Assembly (NCBI GenBank): GCA_017305555.1
Contig: JAFKKM010000016.1
Coordinates: 4,090 to 68,089 of the forward strand
Origin: Hyphomicrobiales bacterium
GTDB taxonomy: Bacteria; Pseudomonadota; Alphaproteobacteria; Rhizobiales; Xanthobacteraceae
Reading direction: 5' to 3'
Length of the DNA: 64,000 nt
Shown piece after piece: positions 59,007 through 64,000 of the stretch; positions within the stretch are counted from its first letter, which is position 1, and each line of letters starts with the position of its first letter. The translations under genes and the position numbers were made by a program. The notes below the pieces were generated by a model. It saw only the letters and a list, made by a program, of their open reading frames with translations, was not told the DNA's origin and ran no database searches.

Positions 59007-59741
59007 ATGCCCAGCGCCCGCACCGCCCGCCTGATCGATCCGCCGCTGGCGGTTGGGACAATCGATTGGCAACGCGTCAGCGACGATCTCGATGCGCGCG
59101 GCTGCGCGGTGATCGAGAACTTGCTGACGCCGCAGCAATGCGTCGATCTCGCCGCGCTCTATCCCGATGATGCGCGTTTCCGCAGCCGCATCGTGATGGC
59201 GCGGCACGGCTTCGGGCGCGGCGAATACAAGTATTTCAACTACCCGCTGCCAGAGCCGATCGCGCATTTGCGTCCGGCGCTTTACGCGCCGTTGTCGCAG
59301 ATCGCCAATCGCTGGAACGCGACCATGGGCATCGACGTGCGCTATCCGGCGACGCATGACGAATTTCTCGCGCGCTGCCACGAGGCGGGACAGACCCGGC
59401 CGACGCCGCTGCTGCTGCAATACGTCACCGACGATTACAACTGCCTGCATCAGGACCTTTACGGTGAGCACGTGTTTCCGTTGCAGGTCGCGGTGCTGCT
59501 GTCGGAACCGGGCCGCGATTTCACCGGTGGCGAATTCGTACTCACCGAGCAGCGGCCCCGCATGCAATCGCGTGCCGAGGTGGTGCCGTTGACGCAAGGC
59601 GATGCGGTGGTGTTCGCTGTGCACCACCGGCCGGTGCAGGGCACGCGCGGATCGTATCGCGTCAACCTTCGGCATGGCGTCAGCCGGTTGCGCTCCGGCC
59701 ACCGTCATACCGTCGGGATCATTTTCCACGATGCCAAGTGA
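59007..59741 (+). CDS. 2OG-Fe(II) oxygenase family protein (non-AlkB), adjacent to alkB
   Basis: ATG 59007 lies 7 nt after GGAGG. HQD (HxD) in ..YNCLHQDLYGE.., distal His in ..RVNLRHGVS.., double-stranded beta-helix type. Confidence 0.75.
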   Translation: MPSARTARLIDPPLAVGTIDWQRVSDDLDARGCAVIENLLTPQQCVDLAALYPDDARFRSRIVMARHGFGRGEYKYFNYPLPEPIAHLRPALYAPLSQIANRWNATMGIDVRYPATHDEFLARCHEAGQTRPTPLLLQYVTDDYNCLHQDLYGEHVFPLQVAVLLSEPGRDFTGGEFVLTEQRPRMQSRAEVVPLTQGDAVVFAVHHRPVQGTRGSYRVNLRHGVSRLRSGHRHTVGIIFHDAK

Positions 59742-59762
59742 GGAAGGCGGAGACGTGAGGAC

Positions 59763-60416
59763 GTGACCGGCGATCTGTTCGCGGGCGTAGCGGAAGCGCA
59801 GTCGTCGCGCGAGACGATGGCGGAGGGCGCGGTGCTGCTGCGCGGCTTCACGCTGGCGCGACAGGACGAATTGCTCGCGGCGCTGCGCGAGGTGATCGCC
59901 GTCGCGCCGTTCCGCCACATGGTGACGCCGGGCGGTTTCACCATGTCGGTGGCGATGACCAATTGCGGCAAGGTCGGCTGGGTGACGGATCGGCGCGGCT
60001 ATCGTTACGACGCAAACGATCCCGAGAGCGGCCAACCGTGGCCGGCGATGCTGCCTGTGTTGCTGCAACTGGCGCATGATGCGGCAGAGGCGAGCGGCTT
60101 CAACGATTTCGCGCCGGATGCGTGTTTGATCAATCGCTACGTGCCGGGCGCGAAGATGTCGCTGCATCAGGACAAGGACGAGACGGATTTTTCCGCGCCC
60201 ATCGTTTCGGTTTCACTGGGATTGCCGGCGACATTTCTGTTCGGCGGTTTGAAACGCAGCGACAAGACGCAACGTTATCGCTTAACCCACGGCGATGTCG
60301 TGGTGTGGGGCGGGCCGTCGCGCTTATTCTATCACGGCGTCGCGCCGCTGGCGGAAGGCGAGCATCCGTTGCTCAAGCGTCAACGCATCAACCTGACATT
60401 TCGCAAGACGGCATAA
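59763..60416 (+). CDS. alkB: alpha-ketoglutarate-dependent DNA/RNA dioxygenase AlkB
   Basis: FRHMVTPGGFTMSVAMTNCG..WVTDRRGYRY..ACLINRYVPGAKMSLHQDKDE..SVSLG..RLFYHGV..RINLTFR. GTG start. Confidence 0.92.
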   Translation: MTGDLFAGVAEAQSSRETMAEGAVLLRGFTLARQDELLAALREVIAVAPFRHMVTPGGFTMSVAMTNCGKVGWVTDRRGYRYDANDPESGQPWPAMLPVLLQLAHDAAEASGFNDFAPDACLINRYVPGAKMSLHQDKDETDFSAPIVSVSLGLPATFLFGGLKRSDKTQRYRLTHGDVVVWGGPSRLFYHGVAPLAEGEHPLLKRQRINLTFRKTA

Positions 60417-60537
60417 GCGCATCGATAAGGTAGCATCGTAGCCTGTGCATCGTTGTGCTGACATGCGCGTTGCGCGCTAGTCAGAATTTAGATCGTTCAA
60501 TAGACTTCACGCCATCGCAAAACCGCGTGAGGAAAGA

Positions 60538-61758
60538 ATGAAGCCTGTTACTGGTATCGCTGTAGCGCTTTTCGCTTTGGGGTTAGTGACGCGTGTGTCG
60601 GCGGAGCCGATCACCAAGCCGCTGAACATCGCGGTGCTCAACGACAAGAGTTCGGTGTTTTCTGACGCCGGCGGTGTCGGCAGTGTCGCGGCGGCGCAGC
60701 TTGCCATCGAAGATGTCGGCGGCAAGGTGCGGGGACAGCCGGTGGTGCTGCTCGCGCCCGACCATCAGAACAAGACCGATATCGGCGTCAATCTCGCGCG
60801 TAATCTCTACGACCAGCAGGACGTGAGCGCGATCTTCGACATCGGCAACTCGTCGATCTCGCTCGCGGTGCAAGATCTCGCCCGCGAGCGCGGCAAGATC
60901 GTCGTGCATGTCGGCTCCGCGACCGCCGATGTGTTCGGTAAGTCCTGCTCGCCGACCGGCGCGATGTGGCTCTACGATACTTACTCGCTGGCGCAGGGCG
61001 TCGCGAAGTCGATCGTGCGGCAGGGTGGCGACACCTGGTTCTTCATCACCGCGGATTATGCGTTCGGCACCGCCATGCAGGCGGAAGTCTCGAAGGTGGT
61101 GACGGCGGCGGGCGGCAAGGTGCTGGGCTCAGTGAAACATCCGGTCGGTACCATGGACTTCTCGTCGTTCCTGCTCCAGGCGCAGGCCTCCGGTGCGAAG
61201 ATCATCGCGCTCGCCAATGCGTCGGGCGACACAGTCACCAACATCAAGCAGGCGCGGGAATTCCAGATCGGCGAGGGCAAGCAGAAGCTGGCGGTGCTGA
61301 TCTATTACTTGACCTCGGTGCATTCGCTCGGGCCGGAGGCGATGCAGGGCGTACAGTTTCTCTCGGGCTATTACTGGGATCATAACGACGCCAGCCGCGC
61401 TTTTGCCAAACGTTTCGCGGCAAAGCACGGCGGCAAGATGCCGACCCACGCGCAGGCCGGCGTCTACAGCGCCGTGCTGCATTATCTCCGCGCGGTGGAA
61501 GCGGCCAATGACAACGACGGCCTGACCGTGATGCGCAAGATGAAGGCCACGCCGGTGAATGACTTCTTCGCACCCGGCGCGCGCATTCGTGCCGATGGCC
61601 GGCTGATGAACGACATGCTGCTGGTGGAAGCCAAGGGCCCGAAGGACGTCAAGAGCGAGTGGGATCTGTTGACGGTCAAGGGCACCATCAAGGCTGAGGA
61701 TATCATGCGGCCGATCAGCGACGGCGGCTGCACCCGCCTCGATCCGCCGCCGACGTAA
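60538..61758 (+). CDS. ABC transporter substrate-binding protein (LivK/Peripla_BP_6 type), orphan
   Basis: Signal peptide ..VTRVSAEP, then LNIAVLNDKSSVFSDAGGVGSVAAAQLAIED.. There are no adjacent permease or ATPase genes. Confidence 0.85.
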   Translation: MKPVTGIAVALFALGLVTRVSAEPITKPLNIAVLNDKSSVFSDAGGVGSVAAAQLAIEDVGGKVRGQPVVLLAPDHQNKTDIGVNLARNLYDQQDVSAIFDIGNSSISLAVQDLARERGKIVVHVGSATADVFGKSCSPTGAMWLYDTYSLAQGVAKSIVRQGGDTWFFITADYAFGTAMQAEVSKVVTAAGGKVLGSVKHPVGTMDFSSFLLQAQASGAKIIALANASGDTVTNIKQAREFQIGEGKQKLAVLIYYLTSVHSLGPEAMQGVQFLSGYYWDHNDASRAFAKRFAAKHGGKMPTHAQAGVYSAVLHYLRAVEAANDNDGLTVMRKMKATPVNDFFAPGARIRADGRLMNDMLLVEAKGPKDVKSEWDLLTVKGTIKAEDIMRPISDGGCTRLDPPPT

Positions 61759-61770
61759 GGCGGCGATTCC

Positions 61771-61852
61771 CGTCATTGCGAGGAGCGTCAGCGACGAAGC
61801 AATCCAGACTCTTCAAGTAAGACTGGATTGCTTCGCTTCGCTCGCAATGACG
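61771..61852. repeat. Family D long-hairpin element, copy D3
   Basis: CGTCATTGCGAGGAGCGTCAGCGACGAAGCAATCCAG-(loop)-CTGGATTGCTTCGCTTCGCTCGCAATGACG. Confidence 0.9.
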
Positions 61853-61891
61853 AATTACAAAGCGATTTGCTTTTTGACGAAAACACCCCTC

Positions 61892-61983
61892 CGTCATGCC
61901 CGGCCTTGTGCCGGGCATCCACGTTTTCCTTGTTTCAATCAACGGTTTAGACGTGGATGGCCGGGACGAGCCCGGCCATGACG
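61892..61983. repeat. Family C three-hairpin palindromic element, copy C3
   Basis: CGTCAT-GCCCGG(ccttgtg)CCGGGC-ATCCACG(28 nt)CGTGGAT-GGCCGGG(acgag)CCCGGCC-ATGACG. Confidence 0.9.
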
Positions 61984-62030
61984 CATAGTTGCTTCTGTTC
62001 GAGTGAAACTTGCTCGCGGTCGTTCCGGCG

Positions 62031-62918
62031 CTACTCGTCCACCACACCATTGCGCAGGATGCCTAAGCCATCGGCTTCCACCTCGATCACGTCGCCGGGC
62101 TTGAGGAAGCGCGGCGGGTCGAAGCGGGCGCCGGCGCCGGTCGGCGTGCCGGTGATGATGACATCGCCCGGAACCAGCGTGGTGAAGGTCGAGATGTAGT
62201 TGATGATATAGCGGAAGCTGAAGATCATCCGCTTGGTGCGATCGCTCTGCCGCGTTTCGCCGTTGACGCGCGTGGTCAGCGCGATGTCGGCGATCTGCGC
62301 CTCGTCGGTGTAGGGCACCAGCCACGGGCCGAGGCTTCCGGTGGAATCGAAGTTCTTGCCCTGCGTCACGTTGAACTTGGCGTGGCGCACCCAGTCGCGA
62401 ATGGTGCCCTCATTGCACAGCGTGATCGCCGCGATGTGACCGAGCGCATCGCGTTCCGCGATGTGGCGGCCGGGCTTGCCGATTACGATCACCACTTCGC
62501 CTTCGTAGTCGAGTTGCGGCGATGCCTTCGGCCGCACCAGCGGCGCGCCGTGGCCGACGAAGGAGCGCGGCGTGCGCATGAACATGCTGGGATAGGGCGG
62601 CGCATCCTTGCCGTCCTTGTACTCGGCGTTGCGGTCCGGATAGTTGACACCGATGCAGATGATCTTTTCCGGTGCCTGGATCGGCGGCTGCCAGGTGACG
62701 GCGTCGAGCGCGATGTCGGGCGAACGCCCGGCGGCGGCGTCCGCGAGTTTCATCAGCGCGCCGTCGGCGATGACTTCGCGCAGCGTCGGAAAGGTTTTGC
62801 CGAAGCGCGCCGACAAATCGACGATGCCGGCATCGGTCACCGCGCCATAGCGCGTCGCGCCGTTAGTCACGCCTTGGGCGGTGAAGGTGGCGAGGCGGGG
62901 ACGGGTCACAGCAATCAT
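62031..62918 (-). CDS. fumarylacetoacetate hydrolase (FAH) family protein (HpaG/HpcE-like)
   Basis: KIICIGVNYPDR..LDYEGEVVIVIGKPG..MIFSFRYIINYISTFTTLVPGDVIITGTPTGAG. Confidence 0.88.
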   Translation of the reverse strand: MIAVTRPRLATFTAQGVTNGATRYGAVTDAGIVDLSARFGKTFPTLREVIADGALMKLADAAAGRSPDIALDAVTWQPPIQAPEKIICIGVNYPDRNAEYKDGKDAPPYPSMFMRTPRSFVGHGAPLVRPKASPQLDYEGEVVIVIGKPGRHIAERDALGHIAAITLCNEGTIRDWVRHAKFNVTQGKNFDSTGSLGPWLVPYTDEAQIADIALTTRVNGETRQSDRTKRMIFSFRYIINYISTFTTLVPGDVIITGTPTGAGARFDPPRFLKPGDVIEVEADGLGILRNGVVDE

Positions 62919-62921
62919 TTC

Positions 62922-63905
62922 TTAGTCCGCCACGATCACGTCGGCCTTGAACTTGGCGTCGCGCACGGTTTGGCCGACGAACGGCGAGCCTTCCTCGAAC
63001 CACGAGCGCGGCGCGGGCGAACCCCACAGCGTCTGGCGGCGCGGATCGCGCAGCGACCAGCGCAGCGGTTCGTGGTCGTGATCCATGGTGTTGTAGTCGC
63101 TGGTGTAGATCTCCAGCCGATGTCCGTCGGGATCGCGCACGTAGAGGAAGAACGCGTTGGAGATGCCGTGGCGGCCGGGACCGCGTTCCATGTTGGTGAG
63201 GTAGCCGCACGACGCCATCACGTCGCACAGATGCAGGATGTTCATCGCGGTCGGCACCCAATAGGCGAAGTGGTGCAGGCGCGGGCCGTTGCCGTTGGTG
63301 ATGGCGAAGTCGTGAACGTTGCCCTTGCGGTGCATCCAGGCGGCGGCGATGCGGCCGTTCGGGCCGTCTTCTTCGGCGTATTCGGTAAGCCGGAAACCGA
63401 GCCGCGCGTAGAAATCGACGGTGTCCTGCACTTCAGCGGCAAACACGTTGAAGTGGTCGAGCCGCTGCGGATGGCAGCCCTTGTAGAGTTCGTAGCGGCG
63501 CAACAGGTGCGGGCGCTTCTCCATGGTTGCGTAGAGTTCGATGCGATAGCCGAACGGATCGATGAATTGCAGGGTGCGGCCCTGGAACGGCACCTCGGCG
63601 AAGGCGTGCTCGATCTTGTTGGCCGCCATGAAGGCCGCCGCCTTGTCGAGGTCCTTGTCGTTGCCGACCTTGAAGCCGAGCCGGTTGCAGGCGGCGACTT
63701 GCGCCTTGCGCAGCACCAGCGAGTGATGCTGATGCTCCTCGGAGCCGCGCAGGTAGACCACGTCGCCATCGGCGTCCTCGACGTGCAGCCCGATGATGGT
63801 CTCGTAGAACTTGCGGCTGGCGTTGAGGTCGGTGACATCGAGCACGGCGTGGCTCGAGCGGAGGACGTTGAACGGCGGATCGAAGACGTGCTGCGGGACC
63901 GGCAT
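62922..63905 (-). CDS. hpaD: 3,4-dihydroxyphenylacetate (homoprotocatechuate) 2,3-dioxygenase, type I extradiol (VOC fold)
   Basis: VLRSSHAVLDVTDLNASRKFY..HHSLVL..RLDHFNV..HDFAITNGNGPRLHHFAYW..GPGRHGISNAFFLYVRDPDGHRLEIY. It resembles Fe/Mn HPCD enzymes. Confidence 0.82.
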   Translation of the reverse strand: MPVPQHVFDPPFNVLRSSHAVLDVTDLNASRKFYETIIGLHVEDADGDVVYLRGSEEHQHHSLVLRKAQVAACNRLGFKVGNDKDLDKAAAFMAANKIEHAFAEVPFQGRTLQFIDPFGYRIELYATMEKRPHLLRRYELYKGCHPQRLDHFNVFAAEVQDTVDFYARLGFRLTEYAEEDGPNGRIAAAWMHRKGNVHDFAITNGNGPRLHHFAYWVPTAMNILHLCDVMASCGYLTNMERGPGRHGISNAFFLYVRDPDGHRLEIYTSDYNTMDHDHEPLRWSLRDPRRQTLWGSPAPRSWFEEGSPFVGQTVRDAKFKADVIVAD

Positions 63906-64000
63906 GATGGTTTTTCCAGAATGCGTTGAAATGATACTCGCTTGGTGATGTCGTAAGGTCGTTGATCCGGATCAAACGATGAATTCAACCGGACGTGGTT

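Overview
This is a high-GC alphaproteobacterial chromosome segment. Gene order and the small palindromic intergenic repeats point to Nitrobacteraceae/Bradyrhizobiaceae (Bradyrhizobium/Rhodopseudomonas/Afipia-like); I cannot assign a species. About 60 protein genes are supported. Most are core housekeeping genes in conserved blocks: NIPSNAP-kdsA, eno, ftsB-pdhA-pdhB-pdhC-lpdA, ilvD, xthA, erpA, dGTPase, argS-SPOR-nagZ-scpA-scpB-tatABC-serS-surE-pcm-LysM/M23, and yajC-secD-secF followed by NDUFAF3-like and NDUFAF6-like genes. Accessory content: an MFS transporter and queF; an OYE/MDR/FMN-reductase trio; a frameshifted porin; an RND efflux pair; a DUF35-thiolase-SDR-thioesterase operon; a Liv-type ABC transporter followed by amidase-DUF1446-DUF4387-amidase; a 2OG-oxygenase/alkB pair; a second solute-binding protein; and hpaD plus a FAH-family gene. 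I saw no rRNA, tRNA, CRISPR array, prophage, transposase or recognised defence system. The items most worth a second look are these. (1) A DUF559 endonuclease gene bracketed by about 55-bp structured inverted repeats fills the whole pdhC-lpdA spacer. (2) serS carries an in-frame segment of about 57 extra codons in a roughly 50% GC, rare-codon patch. (3) At least 12 copies of four small palindromic repeat families are present, one foldable as a tRNA-sized cloverleaf with compensatory stem changes. They sit just 3' of genes and pile up at two loci. (4) A FAT GUY-type single-domain response regulator is inserted in the surE-pcm block. (5) A porin is broken by one extra G. All functional calls rest on my recognition of translated motifs. 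No database search was run.
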